64,000 nt of DNA from an archaeon (GTDB taxonomy: Archaea; EX4484-52; WAPT01): positions 80,043-144,042 of the forward strand of contig JAPDKB010000008.1 of the NCBI GenBank assembly GCA_029258795.1, given 5' to 3'. Below, piece after piece: positions 47,212 through 55,683 of the stretch. The notes below the pieces were generated by a model. The model was not told the origin of the DNA and ran no database searches. It saw nothing but the letters and a program-made list of their open reading frames with translations. The position numbers and the translations under genes are program-made. Within the stretch, counting starts at the first letter, position 1. Each line of letters begins with the position of its first letter.

Positions 47212-47916
47212 TTTTTCAGCGAGTTCTGTGATTACGTTCTTCAGCTTTCCCTGCACCCTTTTCATGAGCTCAAAGACCTCCTCCAGCGTTATCCTGCTCT
47301 GCATACCCGCCGCGTAGTTGGTAACAACGCAAAGCGACGCGTATTCCAAATTCTGTTCTCTGGCGAGGACGGCCTCTGGTACGGAGGTCATGCCAACGAC
47401 ATGAGCTCCGAGCATTCCGTACATTCTTATCTCTGCTGGCGTCTCAAATCTTGGACCTGCGGTACACACGTAGATTTTGTTGGTATGAACGACGAACCTC
47501 GCTTTTTCGCACAGCTCCTTCAGGATTGAAATCAATCTTTCCGAATACGGGTTGGTCATGTCCACATGCACTACCTCATCCTCAAAATACGTCCACACAT
47601 GCTTCGTGAAGTCAAGAAAATCAGATGGCAACACAACGCTTCCAGGTTTGATTTCTTCTGTGAGGGAGCCCACCGAGTTTATTCCTACCACAATTTTAGC
47701 GTTGGAAAGCTTAGCCGCCATTATATTTGCATGATGATTCAGTTTGTGTGGTGGTGCTTCATGCTCCTTTCCATGGCGCGGAATGAAAAGGAATTCCTTG
47801 CTTTCCGTGGATTTAACACGATATGCAACAACCTTTCCGTAAGGTGTGCTTATCTCAACCTCCTCACTATCCTCAAACAGCTTTTCCAGTCCGCTCCCTC
47901 CTATCACGCAGAGCAT
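47206..47916 (-). CDS. mtnP: MTAP-family purine nucleoside phosphorylase
   Basis: IGGSG, PRHG, GPRFETPAE, VGMT and VTNYAAG. Confidence 0.92.
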   Translation of the reverse strand: MLCVIGGSGLEKLFEDSEEVEISTPYGKVVAYRVKSTESKEFLFIPRHGKEHEAPPHKLNHHANIMAAKLSNAKIVVGINSVGSLTEEIKPGSVVLPSDFLDFTKHVWTYFEDEVVHVDMTNPYSERLISILKELCEKARFVVHTNKIYVCTAGPRFETPAEIRMYGMLGAHVVGMTSVPEAVLAREQNLEYASLCVVTNYAAGMQSRITLEEVFELMKRVQGKLKNVITELAEKL

Positions 47917-47949
47917 GAAGAAAAATTGTGGAAGAAAAGATTTTATTGT

Positions 47950-48082
47950 TGGCGCCGGGGGTGGGATTCTCGTTAGGGTGCCATCCTAACCACTCAAGTG
48001 CGGCACCTTCTTTCGAACCCACGCGCCCTTGCGGGCACCAGCTCTCCAGGCTGGCGCACTGGCCTGGCTATGCGACCCCGGC
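47950..48082 (-). tRNA. tRNA-Ser(GGA) with a 45-nt insertion at 59/60 (47967-48011)
   Basis: Acceptor stem GCCGGGG/CCCCGGC, anticodon GGA, long variable arm, TTCG/CGAG central helix, encoded CCA. Confidence 0.92.
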
Positions 48083-48154
48083 AGCACGAGATGTAAATTT
48101 ATGGTTTGGCTGTGGGGTTTAAATTTTTTCTGGTGAGTGAGAAGAAGAAAGAGC

Positions 48155-49369
48155 TCAGTAAACCCTGAACTTCCCCTCTATTATTGCTTTCGTTATTTCT
48201 GTTATTGCTGCGAGCTCCTCATCCACGATCTTCCTTATCTTATCTTCCTCGTAGCCAGAACCCCACACATCCACGCTCGCAACCTTCGGGTAATCTATCC
48301 TCCTCCCTATCTGGCTGAGAATTCTCACAACCACATCATCCACTCCGCTTACTTCTTCAACAATCCTGTTAGCTATTTTAAACGAGAGCACGTTGTAAAT
48401 CTTTCCAACGTGGTTGTACGGGTTCTTACCTGCGGCAGCTTCCATCGACATGGGTCTGTATGGAGTTATGAGGCCCGATACCCTGTTTCCTCTGCCAACG
48501 CTTCCATCGTCACCCATCTCGGCAGATGTTCCAGTTAAGGTGAGGTAGAAATCGCTTGGCTCTGTGCCGTTTTCGTTGTCAGCCGTGTTAAGATAGACAT
48601 TAACCTCGTAATTATCTTTAGTGATGCTTGATGCAAATTCTTTCGCTTCCTCAAGCACGGCTTTTTTAGCATCAAGATACTCCGAAGCGGAGTTTATGTG
48701 TTTGGAAATGAATGCAGCAGCAATTGTGAGGTGAATCCTGTCCTTCATGCGGAGCCCCATCACCTTTATATCCTCTCCCACATACTTGTGCTTGGATTTG
48801 AAGTCAGAGGAGTTTAGGAATCTCTCCATCTCAAGCACAAGCTTCTCAAGCTGGGTGTATGGAGCAAATCCAACTCCAAAAGATGTATCGTTAGCACATG
48901 GCACTTCCTCCTTCCTCTTGAACACGTTGACAAGATCAGCTGACCCGCTCCCCATGACTGAGTCTATAACAACCTCATTATCAACATTAAGGTTTGGCAG
49001 GGATTTCTTGAGGAAGTCTCGCGTTGCTTCAATTGCTACCTCATGCACCGGAATGTAATCATCCTCCACGTTGGCTGTTGCCCTGCCAGAAAGTATTATC
49101 TTGATGGGCTTGAGAATCTCACCCCCGCCAAAATGAACATGCACCTCTCCACCCACAACCTCACACTGATCTGTGTTGTGGTGCATGAGAGTACCATACC
49201 TCTTGAGATATTCTTTACACAGAGCTACACTAACGCTTTCGGCAATTCCATCGGCCATCGTGTCTGGGTGTCCTATTCCCTTCCTTTCCACCATTTCCAC
49301 ATCTCTTTTCCATGAAGGTAAAGCGTCCATCCTTTCTATGACTATGTTCCTCTCCATAGGCCTCACCAA
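48155..49369 (-). CDS. mat: S-adenosylmethionine synthetase, archaeal type
   Basis: [37 protein letters not shown] and AAGKNP..HVGK. Confidence 0.95.
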   Translation of the reverse strand: MVRPMERNIVIERMDALPSWKRDVEMVERKGIGHPDTMADGIAESVSVALCKEYLKRYGTLMHHNTDQCEVVGGEVHVHFGGGEILKPIKIILSGRATANVEDDYIPVHEVAIEATRDFLKKSLPNLNVDNEVVIDSVMGSGSADLVNVFKRKEEVPCANDTSFGVGFAPYTQLEKLVLEMERFLNSSDFKSKHKYVGEDIKVMGLRMKDRIHLTIAAAFISKHINSASEYLDAKKAVLEEAKEFASSITKDNYEVNVYLNTADNENGTEPSDFYLTLTGTSAEMGDDGSVGRGNRVSGLITPYRPMSMEAAAGKNPYNHVGKIYNVLSFKIANRIVEEVSGVDDVVVRILSQIGRRIDYPKVASVDVWGSGYEEDKIRKIVDEELAAITEITKAIIEGKFRVY

Positions 49370-49401
49370 TCTGAGATGTTACAATTAATCAGAGAAAAGC
49401 T

Positions 49402-49698
49402 TTATAAGGATTTACTTCTTTCTTCTTTTGTCCTGATAAGATCAGCGTATATGTCGCAGACCCACCCCTCACCATAGTTTCTTCCCTCACAATTTACCAT
49501 CATATATGATTTAGGGTCTGCTTCACACTTAGGTATATCTTCGCCGGAATCAAGCTTATCCATGAAGAAACAAGGACACTCTCCCGGCTCAGCAACATAA
49601 CCCGTGGCAAGTTTTTTTGCGATGTCAATTCTGGTTTCTTTAATTTTTTCCAGAATTTTTTCCAGTTCTTCTCCTTTAACAGAATAAGCAGGCATCAT
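49402..49698 (-). CDS. Small Cys-containing hypothetical protein
   Basis: MMPAYS... (98 aa, five Cys) with a TTTTTAAA box upstream; the longer ORF-track version runs antisense to archease. Confidence 0.6.
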   Translation of the reverse strand: MMPAYSVKGEELEKILEKIKETRIDIAKKLATGYVAEPGECPCFFMDKLDSGEDIPKCEADPKSYMMVNCEGRNYGEGWVCDIYADLIRTKEERSKSL

Positions 49699-49750
49699 TT
49701 GGTTTATATTTGAAAGATTTAAAAACATTTTCTCAGTATTAGAAAGATTT

Positions 49751-50185
49751 ATGCCGTACGAGTTTTTTGAACACAAGGCAGACATGGGGATAAGAGGACT
49801 TGGCAAAACAGTTGCTGAGGCGTTTGAGGAAGCTGCCAGAGCAATGTTTGATGTTATGTTTGATATAGATGATGTAAGCAGAGAGATTGAAGTTAGCGTT
49901 TCATGTGAGGCCTCGAGCTTGGATGAGCTGCTTGTTGAATGGCTCAATGCTTTGCTTGCTGAAAAGGATATTCATGATGCTGTGTTTGCTCATTTTGAAA
50001 TAAGCAAGATTGAACATGAGAAAGATGGTAGGTGGGTGCTTGAGGGCAAGGCTTATGGTGAGAAACTTAATGTTGAGAAGCACAAGCCGGAGGTGGAGGT
50101 TAAGGCAGCAACTTATTCCCAGCTCAAGGTTTACTTTGATGAGGATAAGAAAGTGTGGGTTGCGCAGTGTGTGGTGGATGTCTGA
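49751..50185 (+). CDS. Archease (RtcB cofactor)
   Basis: YEFFEHKADMGI, EVKAATY and VVDV C-terminus. Confidence 0.93.
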   Translation: MPYEFFEHKADMGIRGLGKTVAEAFEEAARAMFDVMFDIDDVSREIEVSVSCEASSLDELLVEWLNALLAEKDIHDAVFAHFEISKIEHEKDGRWVLEGKAYGEKLNVEKHKPEVEVKAATYSQLKVYFDEDKKVWVAQCVVDV

Positions 50186-50200
50186 GGGGCAATAACAGTC

Positions 50201-50615
50201 TCACCCTGCCCTGTTCCATGGCGGTAGCTCATCGTGCTTATCCTCGTACCCCTTTCTTAACTTCTCCTCCAGCTGTTTGGCTCCCTCTTTGTCTTTCATA
50301 AGCTTAGCTAACCTCGACCGGCGTTACGTTATACTCTCCCTCAAGCAGATAACGGCTGACCCCTCCTGATTGTCTTCTCGCCATAGCTCTTATAATACTC
50401 CCCAAAAAATTGTTCTCCTAATTAGAGCTGTGTCCGATGTAAAGGATATCATATTTTCCTTTCAATCTTCCGAACTCCTTATTGAGACGGAAAACATACA
50501 CTCCCACAGCTTGTTGAAGCTTTTTGCGTGAGTTATCAGATCGAATGACTTCAGAGAATGCAATCCAGTTCTTGAGCCCATACTTGTGCATGTCTTCTGA
50601 CTTCATTTTGTTCAT
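50201..50615 (-). pseudogene. Degenerate GIY-YIG nuclease-like gene
   Basis: GVYVFR..GRLKG..DILYIG, then stops/frameshifts, then LEEKLRKGYEDKHDELPPWNRAG*. Confidence 0.65.
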
Positions 50616-50642
50616 CTTCTAGACATATTCTCTTGAATGGCA

Positions 50643-51833
50643 TCATTTTCTCGCCACTATCTCTATCACATCCCTGTGCTTGAGCTCGTAATCTCTGGAA
50701 AGCGCTTTGTTCGTCCTTATATCTATTGCTTTTATGAAATTGTCTCCAAGCTCCTTGTGAATGGCATATGCAAGATCGAGGGCTGTTGAACCCTTCTCCA
50801 TCAAGAAGCAATCCGGCAGAACGTTGCCTTCCTTGTCAGTCAGTTTGGCGTTGGGCACCGGGAAGACCGCTATCATTTCAAGCAGTTCAAACACAGCTTT
50901 GTCCACGAGCTGCTGAATTCCTGTTGAGCCGTAAACATCGAGCACCTTCTCCCTTATGAACTCCAGCCCCTTTCTCTGCTGTTCATTCAGCTCCCTTTTG
51001 ACAACGAAGTCTTTTTCTCCCGGAACGTAATCTATGTAACCATTTTTTGCTGCCATCTTCAATGCTATTTCAGCATGTGCTGAGCATGGAACAACGATTT
51101 TATCTGGAAACTTTTCCTTCAGCCTCTCAACCATCTCCGGCTTGGCTATATCCACCTTGTTAGCTGCAATTATCATCTTCTTGCTCTCATGAAGAATAGC
51201 TTTTGCAAAGCTTTTTATCTCGTCATCACTCCAGTTAAACAGCTTTTTGTCCTCAAGCCCGCAACTTGCTAAAGCTTTTTTTATCGCTCCCTCCTTCATC
51301 TTGAGGCCGGAGAGCATCTCGTAAAGCAATTCCTCCTTGCTGCGCTGCATTTCTGCTCTTGCCATCTTGCTCCAGCTCCTCTTCAGTATGCCATAAATCC
51401 ACATCACCAGCTCCTCCTCCAGAAACTCAACGTCTCTTGCGGGATCGTAGCTGCCAGCAGGAACTTTCTCCCCCTTTTCGTTGGTTGAGCCGGAAGCATC
51501 CACAACATGGATAAGCACGTCAGCATTCCTCAAATCATCCAGAAACTGGTTACCCAAGCCTTTACCTTCATGCGCTCCCGGAACCAGGCCAGCAACGTCA
51601 ATCAGCTGGATGGGCACGAACCTCCAGCCGTTGAGGCAGAAGCCCTGCTTCGGGTTGCATTTAACGTTGAACTCCTTGCATACACACTCAAGTTTAGCAT
51701 AAGCTATGCCAACGTTGGGTTTTATGGTGGTGAATGGGTATTCGGCTATCTCCACCTCAACAAGCGTTAGAGCTTTGAAAACGCTGCTCTTACCCACACT
51801 TGGCTTGCCCACAAGTCCAATCTTTACTGGCAT
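50643..51833 (-). CDS. OBG-family NTPase (archaeal YchF-like, TGS domain)
   Basis: GKPSVGKS, YPFTT, DVAGL, ANKVD and C-terminal TGS domain. Confidence 0.92.
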   Translation of the reverse strand: MPVKIGLVGKPSVGKSSVFKALTLVEVEIAEYPFTTIKPNVGIAYAKLECVCKEFNVKCNPKQGFCLNGWRFVPIQLIDVAGLVPGAHEGKGLGNQFLDDLRNADVLIHVVDASGSTNEKGEKVPAGSYDPARDVEFLEEELVMWIYGILKRSWSKMARAEMQRSKEELLYEMLSGLKMKEGAIKKALASCGLEDKKLFNWSDDEIKSFAKAILHESKKMIIAANKVDIAKPEMVERLKEKFPDKIVVPCSAHAEIALKMAAKNGYIDYVPGEKDFVVKRELNEQQRKGLEFIREKVLDVYGSTGIQQLVDKAVFELLEMIAVFPVPNAKLTDKEGNVLPDCFLMEKGSTALDLAYAIHKELGDNFIKAIDIRTNKALSRDYELKHRDVIEIVARK

Positions 51834-51895
51834 GAGTTGAAAATGTAACAGGAAAATTTTAATTATGAGCACGGTCCCAACGAGTGAAATATGTG

Positions 51896-52669
51896 CTAGA
51901 CCTCTATCCTACCGTTTATCAAGAGGTAAAATAGTTCTTTCTGAAGTTTTGGGTCACGTCTCAATTTATCATCATCTATCTTTTCTACAGCTCCGCTTTC
52001 TTTCCACACTATAATGAGATCCTCTCCGCTATAGTTGGAAACTCTGCATCCTACTCCCGGAGTAACCTCAATATCGCGTATTATACGTACTGGTTGTTCT
52101 GGCAAAAATTGGTATATTTTACTTACATCGTCCATTATTTTCAAAGACTTTTCGATAGATTCAGGATATACTGCAAAAGCTTTGCCTTGTTGTTCGCTTC
52201 TGTTCAGATCATTCCACTCAGAGTGCGATTTTACAACTTTGTAGACCTGTTCACAACTGTTGAGGTAACCTGTAATACAACACGCAGTTATGGCTGCAAG
52301 TTCTGGATCTTCTGGCAAACTTATGTGAACTTTGAGACCTTGCTTGCCTAGCTCGTATTCCTTATCCATCGTACCATTAACCTGGATCCATGGAGTTCCG
52401 GGTCTAGAAGTAGTTTCGAAATTCTCAGACAGATACCGGCTTAGGTCCTCTAATCCCAAAGAAGAATATTCGCGGAGCAAGTCGTATAAGGCATTTCTTA
52501 AATCTCCAGCACGTGTCATATATTTTGGGTTTCGTTTCGATATTGCATATATTGTTCTGCCGATTAGTTCAGGTTTAGTGTAAGTTCGCCCTTCCGAATT
52601 CGTAATTTTTTCAGGTAAACGCTCAACGAACTCGACAATTTTTCCGGCCAAATAACTATTTGTACTCAT
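51896..52669 (-). CDS. Stand-alone LanL/LanKC-type phospho-Ser/Thr lyase domain protein
   Basis: PWIQV..KQGLKVHISL..YKVV..LN..QQGKAFAVYP..IIRD..GCR matches the order of the W..QGWKxHxS..FK..GKxxxxYP..ILSD..R lyase motifs. Confidence 0.7.
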   Translation of the reverse strand: MSTNSYLAGKIVEFVERLPEKITNSEGRTYTKPELIGRTIYAISKRNPKYMTRAGDLRNALYDLLREYSSLGLEDLSRYLSENFETTSRPGTPWIQVNGTMDKEYELGKQGLKVHISLPEDPELAAITACCITGYLNSCEQVYKVVKSHSEWNDLNRSEQQGKAFAVYPESIEKSLKIMDDVSKIYQFLPEQPVRIIRDIEVTPGVGCRVSNYSGEDLIIVWKESGAVEKIDDDKLRRDPKLQKELFYLLINGRIEV

Positions 52670-52683
52670 ACACCCACCTCATC

Positions 52684-52709
52684 TTGTTACTACTATGTAA
52701 TAGTAACAA
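52684..52709. promoter_or_regulatory. Palindromic operator-like site between TATA box and start of the lyase-like gene
   Basis: TTGTTACTA-N8-TAGTAACAA, a perfect 9-bp inverted repeat. Confidence 0.65.
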
Positions 52710-52863
52710 TGAAAATATTTAAACTTTTCGTTCAGGTATGAGGAGAAGTAAAAATAACTAATCTTTCTATCAAGCTTTTCTTTACTCATTTCAAGAACAT
52801 CTCTATGATTAGACACCCACCATCAATCTTTGGGGAGAAGTGACTTAGATTTTCTTTTTGCTT

Positions 52864-53016
52864 TTATCTCAATCTTACCTTTTTAACAGCCTCTATTTCA
52901 GGTATAGCTTTCAGAAGAACAAGCTTGTGGTACATGCTTCTGGCAAGTTCATCAGCTAAATCGCCAGCGATCATCTCCAGCATTTTTCTATCCATACCAA
53001 GCTGTTTGGTTGCCAT
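52864..53016 (-). pseudogene. Small ORF, possible antitoxin remnant
   Basis: MATKQLGMDRKMLEMIAGDLADELARSMYHKLVLLKAIPEIEAVKKVRLR*; no intact partner downstream. Confidence 0.3.
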
Positions 53017-53126
53017 GTATGAAGTTTGAGACCAGACCAATGCATTTATATTGTAATATTATGTGAGATTTCGCCATATTTATCATCACTAAATCAATAA
53101 ATACAACATCCGCACAAAATTTAAGC

Positions 53127-53678
53127 ATGAGGAAAAACTCTGCGCAGGACTACAGAAAACACGCGCGAATCCATGTTTATACGGGGGATGGGGAAGGTAA
53201 GACAACGACAGCTCTTGGACTGGCTTTGCGTGCTGTGGGTCACAAGCACAGGGTTGTGGTGGTTCAGTTTTTGAAGGGAAGAAAGTACGTTGGAGAGTAC
53301 AAAATAAGGAACATGCTCAAGCCCTACTACGAAATTCACCAGTTCGGAAGGGCTGAGTTTGTTGATATTGATAACCCTAGCAAGGAGGATAAGAGAAGGG
53401 CGAGAAGAGCTTTCGAGTTTGCGAGGAAGGTTGTGGAGGAGAAAAAGCCGGATTTGCTCGTGCTTGATGAAATAAATCTTGCGATGCACGCCAAGCTGAT
53501 TGATGTGGATGAGGTTGTGGAGTGGCTCAACACCTTACCCAAAGATATAACCGTCGTGCTCACAGGCAGGAATGCTCCGCGCAAAATAGTGAGGATGGCT
53601 GATCTTGTAACTGTGATGAAGAAAGTGAAGCATCCGTATGACGAGGGTATGCCCGCTGAGGAGGGTGTGGAGTACTGA
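53127..53678 (+). CDS. cobO: Cob(I)alamin adenosyltransferase (CobO/BtuR)
   Basis: YTGDGEGKTTTALG, QFLKG, LDEIN, LTGR and KHPYD.G. Confidence 0.92.
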   Translation: MRKNSAQDYRKHARIHVYTGDGEGKTTTALGLALRAVGHKHRVVVVQFLKGRKYVGEYKIRNMLKPYYEIHQFGRAEFVDIDNPSKEDKRRARRAFEFARKVVEEKKPDLLVLDEINLAMHAKLIDVDEVVEWLNTLPKDITVVLTGRNAPRKIVRMADLVTVMKKVKHPYDEGMPAEEGVEY

Positions 53679-53695
53679 AAAAATGATTATTTTTT

Positions 53696-53886
53696 AATAA
53701 AGTTCCCCAAAAACCGCGATGAATAACATCAAAAACACCATTAATCCTGCCTTTAAATTGAGAAGTTCTGCTTTTATCCTGAGTCGGAACCAGAAAATAT
53801 ATACCTGCTATTATAAACATTGTGGCAAAGAATGCTGTCAACACACTTTCAAGAGTTGCGTTCCGCAGTGCTATCAAGCGGGACAT
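53696..53886 (-). pseudogene. Probable frameshifted 2-TM paralog of the neighbouring small membrane gene
   Basis: TM1 (ESVLTAFFATMFIIAGIYFLVP) in one frame and TM2 (NLKAGLMVFLMLFIAVFGELY*) in another. Confidence 0.4.
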
Positions 53887-53932
53887 ACTTGTATTACCTT
53901 TTTTGGAGGTTAATAAAGCTTTTGGAAAGTTC

Positions 53933-54193
53933 TTAGTCAGAACTTAACGAATTAATCAGCATGAAGAAAAACAAACCAAGGAAACTTATTGCAAATAAAA
54001 TTAAACCTGTGTTTGAATTTAAGGATCCTGTTCCAACCAAGTCAGGATACATAATCTCAAGTCCCAATATCAGGAGCACTGTCACCAGCGCTGCTATAAA
54101 AAACGCCATTATAGCGCTTAATAATATTGACTTAAAGACCTTTTTCAAACGGGACACAATACCCCTCCTAAATGTAAGGGAGGAGTTTATCAA
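53933..54193 (-). CDS. Small 2-TM membrane protein (AT-rich)
   Basis: Two hydrophobic helices; start uncertain. Confidence 0.55.
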   Translation of the reverse strand: MINSSLTFRRGIVSRLKKVFKSILLSAIMAFFIAALVTVLLILGLEIMYPDLVGTGSLNSNTGLILFAISFLGLFFFMLINSLSSD

Positions 54194-54236
54194 TTTAAAG
54201 CTTCAGACCATACATTAATAAACACAACACGCCAAG

Positions 54237-55679
54237 GTGGTGATTCTAATGGACCTCTCAAAGCTCAAAAAGGTAAGCGATTACGAATGGGAAATTCCGA
54301 AGCATGGAGAGATGAATGTGCCGGGCAGAATTTTTGGAATGAGAAAAGTTGTGGAGGAGATGGATGAAAAGGTTTACGAGCAGTGCAGCAATGTTGCATG
54401 CTTGCCCGGTATAGTCAGAGCTTCAATTGTCATGCCTGATGGCCACTGGGGTTACGGCTTCCCGATTGGTGGAGTTGCAGCGTTTGATCCCGATGAAGGA
54501 GGAGTCGTTTCCGTTGGTGGGGTGGGTTTTGACATAAACTGCGGAGTCAGAACCATGATTTCCAATCTCATGGAGGATGATGTGAAACCAAAAATAAAAG
54601 AGCTTGTGGATGAGCTCTTCAGGACTGTGCCTGCTGGACTTGGTTCGAGAGGGGAGATTGTGCTGAGCAGGGCTCAGGTTAATGAAGTGCTTACAGAAGG
54701 AGCGAGATGGGTTGTGGAGCAGGGTTACGGAATGGAAGAGGATCTGGAATACGTGGAGGAGAACGGAAGAGTTGAGGGAGCGGATCCATCAACAGTTAGC
54801 GAGACGGCCATAAAAAGGGAGAGAGGTCAGGTTGGAACGCTTGGAAGCGGGAACCATTATCTTGAGGTGCAGGTTGTTGATGAGGTTTATGATGAGAAGG
54901 TTGCTAAAGCGTTCGGGCTCTTCAAGGGGCAGGTGGTCATAACATTCCACTGCGGCTCAAGGGCATTGGGACATCAGATAGGTACGGACTATCTTAAAAT
55001 CCTTGCTGAGGCATCGCGCAAGTACGGCATAAAGATAAGGGAGAAAGAGCTGGTTTGCGCTCCAATAAACAGCAAGGAAGGTGAGCGTTACTTCGCTGCT
55101 GTCTGCTGTGGCATCAACTACGCTTTTGCCAACCGCCAAGTTATCGCTCACCTTGCGAGAAAGGCCTTTGAGCGCGTGTTTCCGGGGGAGGAGCTCAAAA
55201 CCCTCTACGATATAGGTCACAACACCTGTAAGGTGGAGGAGCACGAGGTTGACGGGAGGAAAAAGAAGCTCTACGTGCACAGGAAGGGAGCCACACGTGC
55301 CTTTGGCCCTGGCAGAAAGGAGCTTCCAGCCAAATACAGAGATGTCGGTCAGCCGGTTATAATAGGAGGGAGTATGGGCACCTCATCCTACATTCTGGTT
55401 GGTACGGAGGTTAGCATGGTCAAAGCATTTGGCTCAACATGCCACGGAGCGGGCAGGAGAATGTCAAGAACGCAAGCAAAGAAAAAGTTCTGGGGCCAGC
55501 AAGTTATAGAGATGCTTGCAGAGCGCGGCATTTACGTGAGAGCGCATTCCATGCCTGGAGTGGCGGAGGAAGCGCCCGATGCCTACAAGGATGTGAATGA
55601 GGTAATAGAGAGTGTGCATCACGCCATGCTCTCAACCAAAGTTGTGCGCTTGAGGCCGATAGGCAATATAAAGGGCTGA
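54237..55679 (+). CDS. rtcB: tRNA-splicing ligase RtcB
   Basis: MPDGHWGYGFPIG, DINCGVR, GSGNHYLE, HRKGAT, HGAGR and AYKD. Confidence 0.97.
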   Translation: MVILMDLSKLKKVSDYEWEIPKHGEMNVPGRIFGMRKVVEEMDEKVYEQCSNVACLPGIVRASIVMPDGHWGYGFPIGGVAAFDPDEGGVVSVGGVGFDINCGVRTMISNLMEDDVKPKIKELVDELFRTVPAGLGSRGEIVLSRAQVNEVLTEGARWVVEQGYGMEEDLEYVEENGRVEGADPSTVSETAIKRERGQVGTLGSGNHYLEVQVVDEVYDEKVAKAFGLFKGQVVITFHCGSRALGHQIGTDYLKILAEASRKYGIKIREKELVCAPINSKEGERYFAAVCCGINYAFANRQVIAHLARKAFERVFPGEELKTLYDIGHNTCKVEEHEVDGRKKKLYVHRKGATRAFGPGRKELPAKYRDVGQPVIIGGSMGTSSYILVGTEVSMVKAFGSTCHGAGRRMSRTQAKKKFWGQQVIEMLAERGIYVRAHSMPGVAEEAPDAYKDVNEVIESVHHAMLSTKVVRLRPIGNIKG

Positions 55680-55683
55680 TTTC

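Noticed and set aside
49699-49947. N-terminal 83 aa of the 49402-49947 ORF
   Set aside because: Mostly antisense to archease and spanning the divergent promoter.
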